64,000 nucleotides of DNA from Heptranchias perlo (Eukaryota). Below, one piece after another: positions 1-11,846 of this stretch. The notes under the pieces were generated by a model. It saw nothing but the letters and a program-made list of their open reading frames with translations, was not told the origin of the DNA and made no database searches. A program made the translations under genes and the position numbers. The stretch is from assembly GCF_035084215.1 (NCBI RefSeq), contig NC_090332.1, positions 77,500,001-77,564,000 of the forward strand. Reading direction: 5' to 3'. Position 1 is the first letter of the stretch; every line of letters begins with the position of its first letter.

Positions 1-270
1 GCAGCAGGCACGTGGGAACAACACCAACTGCACGTTCCCCTCCAAGTCACACATCATCCTGACTTGGAAATATATCGCCGATCCTTCATCGTCGCTGGGT
101 CAAAATCCTGGAACTCCCTACCTAACAGCACTGTGGGAGAATCTTCACCTTTTGGACTGCAGCGGTTCAAGAAGATGGCTCACCACCACCTTCTCAAGGG
201 CAATTAGGGATGGGCAATAAATGCTGGCCTTGCCAGCGACGCCCACATCCCATGAATGAATTAAAAAAAA
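1..270 (+). mobile_element. 3' end of a poly(A)-tailed non-LTR retrotransposon ('LINE-B', CR1/L2-group, distinct from the HER1-type CR1)
   Basis: Encodes ...SFIVAGSKSWNSLP...HHHLLKGN*-like C-terminus, then GGGCAATAAATGCTGGCCTTGCCAGCGACGCCCACATCCC and an A-tail. Near-identical to 58910-59215 (+) and the reverse complement of 20390-20660. Confidence 0.85.
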
Positions 271-2100
271 GAACGACGGTCATCTCTTGTCACATAGAAC
301 TGCAAGGTATTGAGCAAATTTTTAATAGGTGAGGGGTTCATGGAACTTTGGCAAGAGGTCCCTTTAAGTAAGATTAGGATGCTTTTACAAAACATATCTC
401 CTACAGTATCTCCTCCTGGTAATCCTGCTACCTCATCTGGTTCTTTGAAAGAGCTTGTGTCTTTTGCTCCTTGTCACTGTGCTACTGCAACAGAATGCAC
501 AGCTACTATTGCGGAGACTGCACTTTGTTCTTAAAAGAGTAGGTTAATGGGGATCTCATTGATTTTAGACCTGAGTCTCGCACCATCAAGCAGATTCGCC
601 CTAATGAGCTAGGTGTGCAGTACTGATTTATAAAATACACAGCTTGAATGTACGGTGTGTATCCTAGCTGAATTCAGTTTCCATTTAGATGCCGATTTAT
701 TTTATCAATGAGTTTGCATAATGTATGTTTTCTGATATTCATTAGTATTGTGGTTATTGATAATATAATCCTCACCCTGCTGATGTGGTGAGCACAAGTG
801 CTGATGAGAACTTTGAAAGTTAAGAAAACTAATATTGCTTGCTGCATGTTGTGAAACCCATCATCAAGGAAGCAATTTGTTATTTCAGTGCGGAATTGTA
901 TGAAGAAATATTTTATTTTGAACCATTCACTGCTGAAAATTATATTTGATGGCCAGACAGCGGAATTGTGTATTCAGAGGAAACCTAATGTTTAACAGTC
1001 GAACAAGCAACTAATCCTAACATACTGCAAAGGTGTGATAGCTGAGAAGTGACTGTCAGTCCTAGGTTATTAAAGTCTTACCTACAAGCAGGGATGCTGT
1101 TTATCCCATACAATTCTTATTTTAAACTCTCTATTATGTATTGACACAGGAACTGTGCTGGCCAAGTAATGAATCAGCCATCCCCCTCCTGCATTTTCCC
1201 TCAGATAAAATGAGTATTGTTGTCCTGAACTGATTTGTTTTCCTCCAACTCAAATAAAACCACCTCCATCTTCTCACCCCTCAACCTGCTGGTTTTATTT
1301 CCCTGAATCTTGCATCCAGTTTACACTTGGTTATTAAAACTGCATAGGTACCCTCGTGCTACTACAGATTATAAAAACTGCTGTCATTGTGAGGTGCAAA
1401 AACACTTGGTTGGCTGTCAGGGATTTGGGTCATTGGGGGAGGAGCATTAGCTCACAGGAAGGAGGCCCACAGTCCCAGTGCTTTCCCAGCTCCACATATG
1501 GCCTGTAGACCACATGCTCTGACTGTTCTTTGCTTAAATACTTATAGGGAGTAGTTGGGTTGCATCAATGCTGATAGCTGCACCTCTCACTGCCCGGAGT
1601 GAAAGCTGGTTGTGTCTGCAAGTAGTCGGGGTTCCTTGCTTCACTGAAAGTAGGCAGTATAGACATGGGTTGCGTCCAGAGGGATGCTAAGACTAGACAT
1701 GTCTTTAGTGACCTCTAAAACCGCTATTGATAAGGCCAAGTAGCAGGACCTGAATGAGTGCTGGAGCTCGCCCCTTTAACCACAGTTGACAGTCAGATGG
1801 AATTTTGAGTCTGAGTGGGTTGAGCTATATGTAGTGCAGCATTTTGTTTTGGTCTTACTCATTCTGCTGCAGGTGGAGATTGTGAAGGTCATTCTCCGTG
1901 TTTCCCTCCAATGATCCCATGAGATTGGGTGACTTAAGTCATGTTCCCAGTTTCTGCCAAGCCTCCAAAATGCACAGGCAAAGGGAATCCCAGGACACTG
2001 ACCAGATAGATCACAACACCCTACCCACCCTTCTCACCTCTCACAGGTATCTATTGAGAACTTTCTCTTTCTTCCTTTGACCTTCTAGACAGAGGACCTC

Positions 2101-2171
2101 TGTGTCAGCTTGGCTCAGTTGATAGCACTCTTGCCCTTGTGTTAGAAGGGTATGGGTTTGACCCCCCACTC
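2101..2171 (+). mobile_element. tRNA-derived head of a Deu-domain SINE, split by the CR1 insertion; continues at ~3205-3270
   Basis: TGGCTCAGTTGATAGCACTCTTGCC...GGGTTTGACCCCCCACTCCA matches the heads at 57490 and 58025; ...CACATAATCTA...CAGTGCGGTAATGCTGGAGTGCTGCA resumes after 3204. Confidence 0.65.
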
Positions 2172-3204
2172 CATAGAACCATAGAAAAGATACAGCACAG
2201 AAGGGGGCCATTCAGCCCATCGTGTCCATGCCGGCTCGAAGAACAACCAGGTGCCCATTCTATTCCCACCTTCCAGCACCCGGTCCATAGCCCTGCAGCT
2301 TACAGTGCTTTAGGTGCAGGTCCAGGTACTTTTTAAAAGAGTTGAGGGTCCCTGCCTCTACCACCAATTCGGGCAGTGAATTCCATACACCCACCACCCT
2401 CTGGGTAAAACAGTTTTTCCTCATGTCCCCTCTAATCATTCCACCAATCAGCTTAAATCTATGTCCTCTAGTTCTTGAACTCTCCGCTAGGGGAAACAGG
2501 TACTTCCTGTCTACTCTATCTTGGCCCCTCATAATTTTGTACACCTCAATCAAGTCTCCCCTCAGCCTCCTCTGCTCCAAGGAAAACAACCCCAGCCTAT
2601 TCAGTCTCTCCTCGTAGCTGCAATTTTCAAGCCCTGGCAACATTCTTGTAAATCTTCTCTGCACTCTCTCCACAGCAATTACGTCCTTCCTGTAATGTGG
2701 TGACCAGAACTGCGCACAATACTCCAGCTGTGGCCTTACCCCGTTTTATACAGTTCCATCATTACATCCCTGCTTTTGTATTCTATATCTCGGCTAATAA
2801 CGGAGAGCATTCCGTATGCCTTCTTCACAACCTTATCGACCTGTACTGCCGCCTTCAGGGACCTGTGCACATGCATGCCAAGTTCTCTCACTTCCTCTAC
2901 CCCCCTCAATATATTCCCGTTTACTGCGTATTCCCTTTTACTGTTTGCCCTCCCTAAGTGCATTACCTCACACTTCTCTGGGTTGAACTCCATTTGCCAC
3001 TTTTCCGCCCACTCCACCAACCCATTGATATCTTCTTGGAGTCTACAGCTATCCTCTTCACTGTCAACTACACGGCCAATTTTTGTGTCGTCTGCAAATT
3101 TACCAATCATGCCCCCTACATTCAAGTCCAAATCATTAATATATACCACAAACAGCAAGGGACCCAACACTGAGCCCTGTGGCACACCATTGGAAACGGA
3201 TTTC
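2172..3204 (-). mobile_element. 5'-truncated CR1 LINE (HER1-like), RT C-terminal half plus 3' UTR
   Basis: ORFs with GVPQGSVLGP, KFADDTK and WNSLP motifs; GGGCTGAATGGCC hairpin and TTCTATG tail; a small deletion/frameshift near 2740. Confidence 0.95.
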
Positions 3205-3885
3205 AAGAGCTGATCACATAATCTACACCCCAGTGCGGTAATGCTGGAGTGCTGCAGCATTGCAGATGCTTGTTATGTTTTGGGGTTTTTTACTCTGATA
3301 TGTTCTTGGGTTCAGCATCTCTGACCACTGCTGTTTGTGATCCCTTGTTCCCATGAATCTAAGTGCGTCTTTACCTGTATTTCAGGTTACTGCTTATGTT
3401 ACGCATCTTCACGTGATTTCGCATGACTTTTCAATGTGGTAGAATAAACACTCTACGGCTGTAAACTGTCAAATGTATTTATTAAACAGTAAATGGATAA
3501 GTGAACAGAAGCAATCACACACTGTAGATTTACAGTAGTAAACGATTCCTCCTCAGAAGATAGAAAATAAAACAGTTGCATCAGCTGTGCTGAACTGCAA
3601 TATAAACTGGAACAGATACAGGATCGCTGAATGTTTAACCTTGTGTGGTGGTTTGTGGCTGACTGTCCATGGGGGACCCTCTGGCATGGTTCTCTCTGAT
3701 GGCAGCAGGTGGACTACTCAATTAGAGCCTAAATACTTATCAAAATTTAACTAGACAAAGGAAATTTAAATATGTATCTTTTAAATAGGGTTGTCAATCA
3801 CGCATATGTTCATACAATACCGGCAGCATGCTTGTATATGAATTGAATGGTTTGGCCTCTCTCCCAGATAACAGTCAAAGATATA

Positions 3886-4614
3886 GGCCCGGAGATCGCT
3901 GGAGTGGGCCATCTCATGGCGTAAGTTAGACTTTTTCCCTCACCCTTCAGCTCAATTTATTTTTGCGCTGTAACTTGCTGGAAGTGCGAGTTGATAACAG
4001 TGAGGGCAAATGGGCAACCGGGACCTTAGTGAAAGGCAGGACCAACAGTCTGTCTCCCTCACCAATGAGATTTAAAGATTGAGAAAAAAAAACAGAGGAA
4101 CAACTAAGACGGAGGGTGAATTAGAGTCAAATCAGGTACAGAAAGGGAAATGAAGAGAGGGAAAGAAAGATTGGATTAAGAGAGAGAGAAAAAAAGAGAT
4201 AGAAGGGAAAAGTAAGAAAAAATTTTAAAATTTAAAATTTAAAAAAATCTCTAACAACAATTTACCACCTGAAGGAATGGGATGCCACAGTTCAAATTGT
4301 TCAATTTCTGGGCCAGATAGGTTGATTGACGGTCATTAACAAAAGGTACTTACGCTGTTAATTACCAGACTTAACTTTCTGTGGCAAGTTTAATGGTCAA
4401 TTAATATGCAAATTTAGCAAGCTCTTAAAAATAACGGGAAGGCTAAGCGCAAGATGCCGTTTGTGTGAACGGAGCGGCATAAATCGACCCGCAAGTTCGG
4501 GAGAGTCACAACTCATGACGTATCTCTTAATCCCCTGAACTTACTGGCCGATGTGCATATTAATAATGGCGTGCGTTGTTCACATGCCATTATTTTTCCA
4601 GCAGGTTTCGGCCC
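3886..4614. mobile_element. Non-autonomous DNA transposon (MITE-like), copy 1
   Basis: Imperfect TIRs (GGCCCGGAGATCGCTGGA / reverse complement GGGCCGAAACCTGCTGGA); internal sequence collinear with 34244-34872. Confidence 0.75.
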
Positions 4615-4764
4615 ACAATATCTGTATCTGGGCGTATTGTGTATCAAAACAAACAAGCTGCAGCGTTTTGTGTGATTGAACCTGGCTTTTAACCCCCTAT
4701 GTACCATTACAGAAAAGAAAGAAGCGAATAACATGGTACATCAAAGACAAAAATGATTTGCTTT

Positions 4765-5495
4765 TGTCACAGTGCTATCCTTTGGATGAGATGTGAAACT
4801 CAGGTCCCATCAGCCTATGTTGGTGGTTCATGTCCCAAAGCACTAGTCAAAGAAGAGCAAGGAATTCTCCTGGAATCCTGGCCAATATTCCTCCATTAAC
4901 GAACACTGTCAGAAAAAAGACTTACATTTATACTGTGTCATGTCTCTCAGAAATGTCCCAAAGCAGTTCACATATTTGTGAATGACTGTTGTGTAGGTAA
5001 ATGCTTCTGCCAATTTGCATTTAGTGAGATTCACAAACAAAAATTAGATCAATATTCAGTTTGTGCTGGTGTTGGTTGAGGGGGGAATATTGGCCAGAAC
5101 ACTTCTCGTCAGTTAGTGCCTTGGCACATTTTAAGGACCACCTAAAAAGCAGGCCTCTGTTCAGCGTCTCATCCAAAGGATAGCATTGCCAATAATGCAG
5201 CTCTCCCTCTGTCTACACTGGAGTTCCAGTCTATATCATGTGCTCAAATCCTGTAGTGAGGCTTGAACCCACAATTTTCTGACAGAGTTGAAAGTGCTAC
5301 CACTAAGCCAAGTTGATATTTGGTCAGTTTGTCTGGCCATTCATTTTATTGCTTGTGGGATCTTGCTGTGTGCAAATTGGCTCCCCCATTTTGCCTGCAT
5401 AACAGCCATTGCATTCCAGAACAATTAGTGGTATGTGCACTGCCGCGGGATATAGTTGAGAGATGTGATGAAGTGTTATTTAAATGCAAGCTCAA
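4765..5495. mobile_element. Degenerate Deu-SINE (+) with a second Deu-SINE (-, ~4920-5315) nested inside
   Basis: TTTGGATGAGATG...GAAGAGCAAGGAATTCTCCTGG...CCTGGCCAATATT resumes at ~5320 with TGTGGGATCTTGCTGTGTGCAAATTGGCT; the intervening block is the reverse complement of the same SINE, including its tRNA head. Confidence 0.6.
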
Positions 5496-6289
5496 CAGTA
5501 CAGTTGAAGGCTCCTGGCAAGGAATGACTCAGGCCTCATCAACAGTTAACCCCAACCAATTTGTTAGCAGTTCAGGCTTTCAACATTTTTATTTTGCATT
5601 CACAGCAAAAAAGGCAATTTCCAAGAACAGATTAGAACCTGCATTCTTGTATATACAGTAAGTGGGATAGCACACTATGGGATTAACAATTACCCCATAG
5701 TTATGTTATATAGTGCACCAGATCAGATAGGATATGCACCATGTTCTCCGGTCTTCTCTGGAAGGTGATAACCACCATACCACATCATAGTGTATATGCT
5801 AAAACTAATAGATTGATTTATGAATAGAGCCAGACATAGATGCAGTAAGACACGACAAATTATTTAAAGTACATTAGTTAAAACAAAGATGGAATCACCT
5901 ACAAAGGGTTAATCTACTCTTTTTCTAACATAGTTCTTATACTGCTCGAATAGTGACAGGACTCTGGTATGAAACTGTCTTTCATAGACCTTCACAGTGG
6001 AAGTTGTACATGGATGATGCAAATGACTAATCTGCAGAATTCAGACGTTTAGATAAACTAAAGATTAAAGGAAAAACCCACAGCTCTTGTACAGTTCTGG
6101 GTCTGCTAAAATGGTCTCAAATACACAATATAGGAAAAGATAATTGCATGACATACGAATGAGCAATTTCTTACAGATGATGTGGAGTCCACATCTGCTA
6201 AAGCTTTGAACCACATAGATTTTGAAATTCCTCCATAACAAAGTTACCGTATCGGCCTACTTACCAGATTCATCAACCTGGCCTGTTTT

Positions 6290-7620
6290 ACTTAGGAACA
6301 GGAGTAGGCCATTCAGCCCCTCGAGCCTGTTCCACCAATCGATTAGATTATGGCTAATCTGTAACTCAGCTCCGTTTACCTGTCTATGGTCCCCTCGATA
6401 CCCTTGCCCAACAAACATCTAGCGATCTCAGCCTGGAAAATTTCATTTGACCCGCAGCATTTACACCCTTTTGGGGGAGAGCGAGTTCCAGATTTCTACG
6501 GCCCTTTGAAAAACTGCTTCCTGATTTCACTCCTAAATGGCCTAGCTCTAATTTTAAGATTACGCCCTCTTGTTCCGGATTCCCCCACCAGAGGAAATAG
6601 TTCCTCTGTATCTACCCTATCGAATCCATTTATCATTTTAAATGCCTCTATTAGATCGCCCTTCAGCCTTCTAAACTCAAGGGAATACATGCCAAGTTTA
6701 TGCAACTTGTCCTTATAATTGGAACCTTTAAGCCCTGGCATAATTCTGGTGAATCTGTGCAGTACCCCCTCCAGGGCCAATATATATTTCCTGCAGTTTA
6801 GTGCCCAAAACTGAACAAAGTACTCCTGATGGGGTCTGACCAAAGCTCTGCACGACTAAAGCATCACCATCGCTTTTGAATTCTAGCCCCCTTGAGATAA
6901 AGGCCATCATTCCATTAGTCTTTTGATTACTTTTTGTACCAGTGCATTAGCTTTTAGTGATTTGTGTACATGGACACCTAGATCCCTTCACAGCTTCTAG
7001 TCTCTCACTTTAAGAAAATATTCCCATTTGTCTTTCTCATATCCAAAGTGGATGACCTCACACTTCCCCACATTGAACTCCATCGGCCATAGTTTTGCCC
7101 ACTGACTTTGTCTGTCTATGTCTCTTTGTAACTCCCTGCTCCCATTTGCACACCTTACTGTGCCTCCTAACTTCGTGTCATCTGCAAACTTGGATGTACA
7201 ACTCTCTATTCCTTCATCCAAGTCATTAATATATGTAGTGAAAAGCTGAGGCTCCAGTACAGATCTCTGAGAAATCCTGCTTGTCACATCCCGCCAATCA
7301 AAGTACAAACCCTTTATTCCTACTCTCTGTCTTCTACCTCCCAACCAATTACCAACCCAAGGCTACCTCCAATTCTGTGCACTCTCATTTTTGCTAATAA
7401 TCTCTTGTGTGGAACCTTATCAAGCGGCTTCTGGAAGTCCATATAGACAACATCCATAACCACTTCCCTATCCAGCTTGCTCGTGACCTCCACAAAAAAA
7501 TCAACTAAATTAGTCAGACATGACCTACCCTTCACATGTTGACTCTCTTTGATCAGCTCTTGTCCAAGTGCTCAATCACTCTGTCTCTGATGATGGATTC
7601 CAGTAACTTCCTCACAAACG
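6290..7620 (-). mobile_element. Degenerate 5'-truncated CR1 LINE
   Basis: Frameshifted ORF pieces KGRSCLTNL, YMDFQK, KFADDTKLGG and LEFRRLKGDLIE; CR1 3' UTR with (TTCCTA)-type tail. Confidence 0.9.
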
Positions 7621-8399
7621 GACAGCTCTATAGATAACTACCCTCCTTCCCTTCTTTATTAATTTTACCATCTCCAGTCTGCATTTTATAAATTGGAAAG
7701 GAAAGCCACCTTCCATTTTAAAATAAAGAATTTTTCTCTGAATTGCCAAATTTGACATAGGATGAAAACTTTGTTTTAGTCAAACCCCACTGAACCATAC
7801 AGCTATATAAGAAAGAACAAACTTGCATTTAAAAGACTCATAAATGTATCCATCTGCTATTACTATGTCTTCTTCTATTGTACAGTGACTTGGTAAAGCA
7901 ATTACACTTTTGTACAACTCAATGGAAATAATCGAAGGAAAGTATATGGGAAAGCAAAGTACCTGGTCAGTGGGTATGAAAATTCTCTCAAATGAGTATT
8001 GCTGTACTTTAAATACCTCTTTCATCTGATACCGGTTTCTGAATATCAGTAATAAATAAAAATGTGCTGGTGAATGACATTAATGCTTTTAATATCATAA
8101 CATGGATGTACATCCTGATGAAAGTATACATTCCTAGATGCAAAAACCTTTGTTTCAAGAACTGCCCCGGCTAACACAAGGGAGGAGAACACCTAAATTT
8201 GAGGGAACAGTTACAGGTGTAAAAAGCCAAGAGGGTGTAAAGAGGGTGGATATTCCTTTCCTGGCACAATCCATTTGCTCAGTAATTGATTAATTTCAGT
8301 AGATCTCCATCTTACTCTTGCCTCTGGGCACTAACTTTGTAAGATTGAAGTATTGGACAATAATTAAATACAGATTTCTGAATGTCGTGGTACTTTTTC

Positions 8400-9160
8400 C
8401 CTGTAATTATCTCTTTTTCTCTCCTGAAGATGGTATCTTATCCTGGGGCTCAGTTCCTGTGGCCAGTCCTCATGTCCAAGCTCAAATTGTTGTGGTATGG
8501 TGGCCTGGCAGTTAAATTACTGGACTAGTAATCTAGAGGCCTGGATTAATAATCCAGTGATATGTGAGTTCAAATCCCACCTTGAGAATTGGAATTCATT
8601 TATCAAATCCCACCATGACAGTTTGAGAAATGGAATTCATTTTTTTTAAAATCTGGAAATAAAAATTAACCACAAAGCTATTGGATTGTCGTAAAAATCC
8701 AACTGGAAGTAAACCTGCCGTCCCTACCCGCTCTGGCCTATATGAGATTCCAGTCTCACGCCAACATGGTTGATTCTTAACTGCCCTCTGAAGTGGCCTA
8801 GCAAGCCACTTAGTTGTATCAAATAACCACCTTCTCAGGGCAACTGGGGATGGGCAATAAATGCCGGCCTTGCCAGCAACGCCCACATCCTGAGAATGAA
8901 TAAAAAAAAGATAATGACTATCAGAAGATTATTCAACGAGAGTAGCCATTGTAGCCAAAACTGATATTGTCTTCACCTGATATTCAAACCTGGGCACTTT
9001 CCAGTCGGGTCACTTGGTACTAAATAAGAACTTTGGCTAATTCTACCCCTTCACCATCATCTCCAACCTCAGGCCAGTGTTCTGGCTGAAGTCAACAAAC
9101 TCGGCGTAGACTAGGATTTGATCCTGAGACTTCTCTATTTTTAATGGCTCTACACCATGT
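8400..9160 (-). mobile_element. Old tRNA-headed SINE-like family ('SINE-C'), split by a SINE-B insertion
   Basis: CTCTCCTGAAG...CTGGGG and ...GCTGAAGTCAACAAACTCGGCGTAGAC...GATCCTGAGAC segments are collinear with degenerate copies at ~9505-9895, 23690-24040 and 45620-45975 (-), and ~28870-28990 and 37680-37870 (+). Confidence 0.5.
8497..8909 (+). mobile_element. tRNA-derived SINE ('SINE-B') sharing its 3' tail with LINE-B
   Basis: Head with B-box-like GAGTTCAAATCCC; 3' end CACCTTCTCAGGGCAAC...GGGCAATAAATGCCGGCCTTGCCAGCAACGCCCACATCC + A-tail matches the LINE-B end. Confidence 0.8.
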
Positions 9161-9504
9161 AAATGGTACATTTGGGGTAATACAGCTTTTCAAAACTAAT
9201 AACATGATCAGCATTACTGATGTGAATAACCCAGTGACTTTATGCTCCAATGCCCTACAGTCTGCTGTTAAACTATTCAAATTTGACTCCATAATCAATC
9301 AGTTTTGCCGTACTCACCTTTAAACCAGTTAGGGTAGATCTTTACTGGGTGCAATAGTGCAAATTGGGTGATAGCAGGTCGGTAGCCTGCTTTACATCTC
9401 TCCTCATTTTTATTTCCATTGCCACTGATTTAATCAAACGGTTCTGGCAATGTCATAAATTGTGAAGCAAAGTTCACGCAAGCATTTTAGTGATTACAGT
9501 GCTG

Positions 9505-9895
9505 ACTTTTTTTTGGTCCGCCTTCCATTTTTGTCAATTTCTCCCTTCCCGTTGCTTCTTCCTCTCCTTAAGGCAATGGCTCCCTGTTGAGGTATCGTTC
9601 GATAGTGTCAATTGCTCTTCAGTACCTTGCACAAGTGGATATTTTTCATGTGTGACCTTAGACAATGACTGTTGATAGGATTATGCCGCCACAGGGAGAA
9701 TTGTAACCTCATTCTTATCCTGTCTTCATCTAACATCCTCAAAAATGCTAAATAATGATCAGGTGCAGGAACCCGGTTGTGTTTTTTTGCTGCTCTCCAG
9801 CACAGGGTGCTGGGACCAACGTAAGTGTCATTATCACTAATTTGGCTGCGATCAACTGGCTGAGCACAAGCCAGGGATTGAATTGGGATTTTCCT
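9505..9895 (-). mobile_element. Degenerate SINE-C copy
   Basis: Collinear with 23690-24040 (CAAGTGG..TTTCATGTGTGA..TAGACA; GATCAGG..CAGGAACCC; GATCAACTGGCTGAGCACA; GGGATTGAA..GGGA). Confidence 0.5.
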
Positions 9896-10619
9896 GGGGG
9901 GTAATTTTAACCCTAAAGAACGGGTGGGAGGGTAAAATAACAGGTTTTTCCAGTGTTTTCCAGCAACTCCTCTGCAACGCGCCCACTTCTGGGTTTAACA
10001 TGGGTATGTGCGCAGCCAAAACTCTAAGCCACGTCCCCAATTAATGCCGGCGGGCGCATCGTTAAAGGGGCAATTTACCTGCATGAAATACTTGAGGTGG
10101 GTCATTTTTTGGTGATTCTGAACCTGAAACGAATTTTACTTCACCTGCACCAGTTTCCATAGCTTCTGAACCTCGCCCTTGAAACGGAGGCGAGATGTAG
10201 CCGAAGTTGATTTAGCCTTTTAAACCTGCGATTGACACCAATCAGTAGCAGCTCAGGGATTGCAGTGGCCTTTCAGTTCTCTCAGGCAAACATTTGGCTG
10301 AGAGTTCTTTGTGTTGAGTCTCTATTCTCTCTTCCAGGCATCGCTCAATTAAATTAAATAGTCAGAAAATAATCAATCGTTAACATCCTGAATCAATTTT
10401 GAGTAAGTGCACAAGCTTATATTTTTAAGAATGATGACAATACCTGAAATATTGGAATATTCTGCAGTCAAGTTGAATTACACTTGTGGCTGGTGGCAGC
10501 TGTACATGCCCTGCAAATAGCTCAGCAATCTTCCTGTCTGCTGAGGAAACTATCAATTGAACTTGTTGCTGAGTTCTTGGGACGCACCAAGACACCCCAT
10601 CCAGAAATTGGATAAATCT

Positions 10620-10940
10620 CAAGCTCCTGCCTCGTTGTCCCTTCCCTCACTTGTCTCTCTCTCCCCCTCACCTTCCTCTCTCCCTTCCCCTCCTCCTGCT
10701 CCCTCTCTATTCCTCCCCTTCTCTTTCATTTTCCCTCTTTCCTCTCCCTTACCATCCTCCTCTCCCCTCATCTGTCCTTCACCCCACCCCTCACCTGTCC
10801 TCACCCTCTGCCCGCCCTCTCTCCCCTCCCCATTCCTCCCCCTCTTAGCCTCTCCCTTCCCTACCCTTCTTCTCCCCCTCACTCAGTCTGCCTTCACTGT
10901 TCTCACCCTCTCCCTTTCTCTCACCCCTCTCCTCCCTGTC
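10620..10940. repeat. Polypyrimidine (CT-rich) low-complexity tract
   Basis: Almost entirely C/T on the + strand for about 320 bp; produces spurious Pro/Ser/Leu and Gly/Glu/Arg ORFs. Confidence 0.9.
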
Positions 10941-11729
10941 TTGGCTCAATTATCTCCCTTGGTTTACCTGAAAAGTTTCATTGGTTTTGACTCCCTATGT
11001 GCGATGCCATAGGAGGTCAACAGCAAAAACTGCAACCGTTGAAAAGAAATCTCTCCTCTGCAGCACCACCATTGCATCACTTTCTACATCCCCTGGTAGA
11101 ATAATGAACATGGCCCCCACTCAACTGAGCAAAAAAATGGAAACCAACCCCCTGAAAAATGACCATGAGCTCAAATGCATCCCCACAGCAGAGAACCACA
11201 AACGCACCTCAGAAATTCCAGGAAAGGACAACAAACCTTCTCCTCCCACCACTAAGCAGAAATTCTGGCATAGGATCACAAACTCTCATTCACCCCCAAC
11301 CATCTCCATCTCAGAAATTGCTGGTTAGGTTTTAAACCAACATTCACCCCCCCACCAATGGCCGAGACCCCCTCCCCATCGATGGCCGAGACTTCCCCGA
11401 TGGCCGACCTCTACCCCCCCCCACCCCCACAATGTCTCAGAACCCCCCGCCACCGATCTTAGACTTATCTGGCATCCGCTCCAGGCTGCTTTCCCTCCCA
11501 ACAGTATGTCATTCTAGCTGGCTGGTGCATGGGATACCCAGAAGCAAAAATAATGGCCTTCAATTGAGTTGTGATTGCAGATTCTGACGCACTCACTTCA
11601 CTTTTGGGTTTCCCACGGGAACATCTACCCACCCACTTAGTTCCCGGCTCCAAGTAAAAGTCATGACCCCTAGTCTGTATGGCTGATCCATTGGGAGATC
11701 CTTAAACTCACTTCCAGTCATTTGATGTT

Positions 11730-11846
11730 TTTCCCTACATTACAACAGTGACTACATTTCAAAAGCACTTTATTGGCTGTAAAGTGCTTCGGCATGTCCT
11801 GAGGTAGTGAAAGACGCTATATGAATGCAAGTTCTTTTCTTTCTTT
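11730..11846 (+). mobile_element. Deu-SINE 3' tail fragment
   Basis: CCTACATTACAACAGTGACTACA...GAAAGACGCTATATGAATGCAAGTTCTTT. Confidence 0.75.

Noticed and set aside
2342-3213. Recurrent 'KCITSHFSGLNSICH' and 'LNLCPLV' ORFs here and at 25248, 31042, 39042 and 47403
   Set aside because: Antisense shadows of CR1 ORF2, not a gene family.
3386-3438. Possible + strand micro-exon (TTTCAG|GTTACTG...TGTG|GTAGAA)
   Set aside because: Weak donor, 53 nt, and no resemblance to NCKX sequence.
10557-11012. Pro/Ser/Leu-rich and Gly/Glu-rich ORFs
   Set aside because: By-products of the CT-rich tract.
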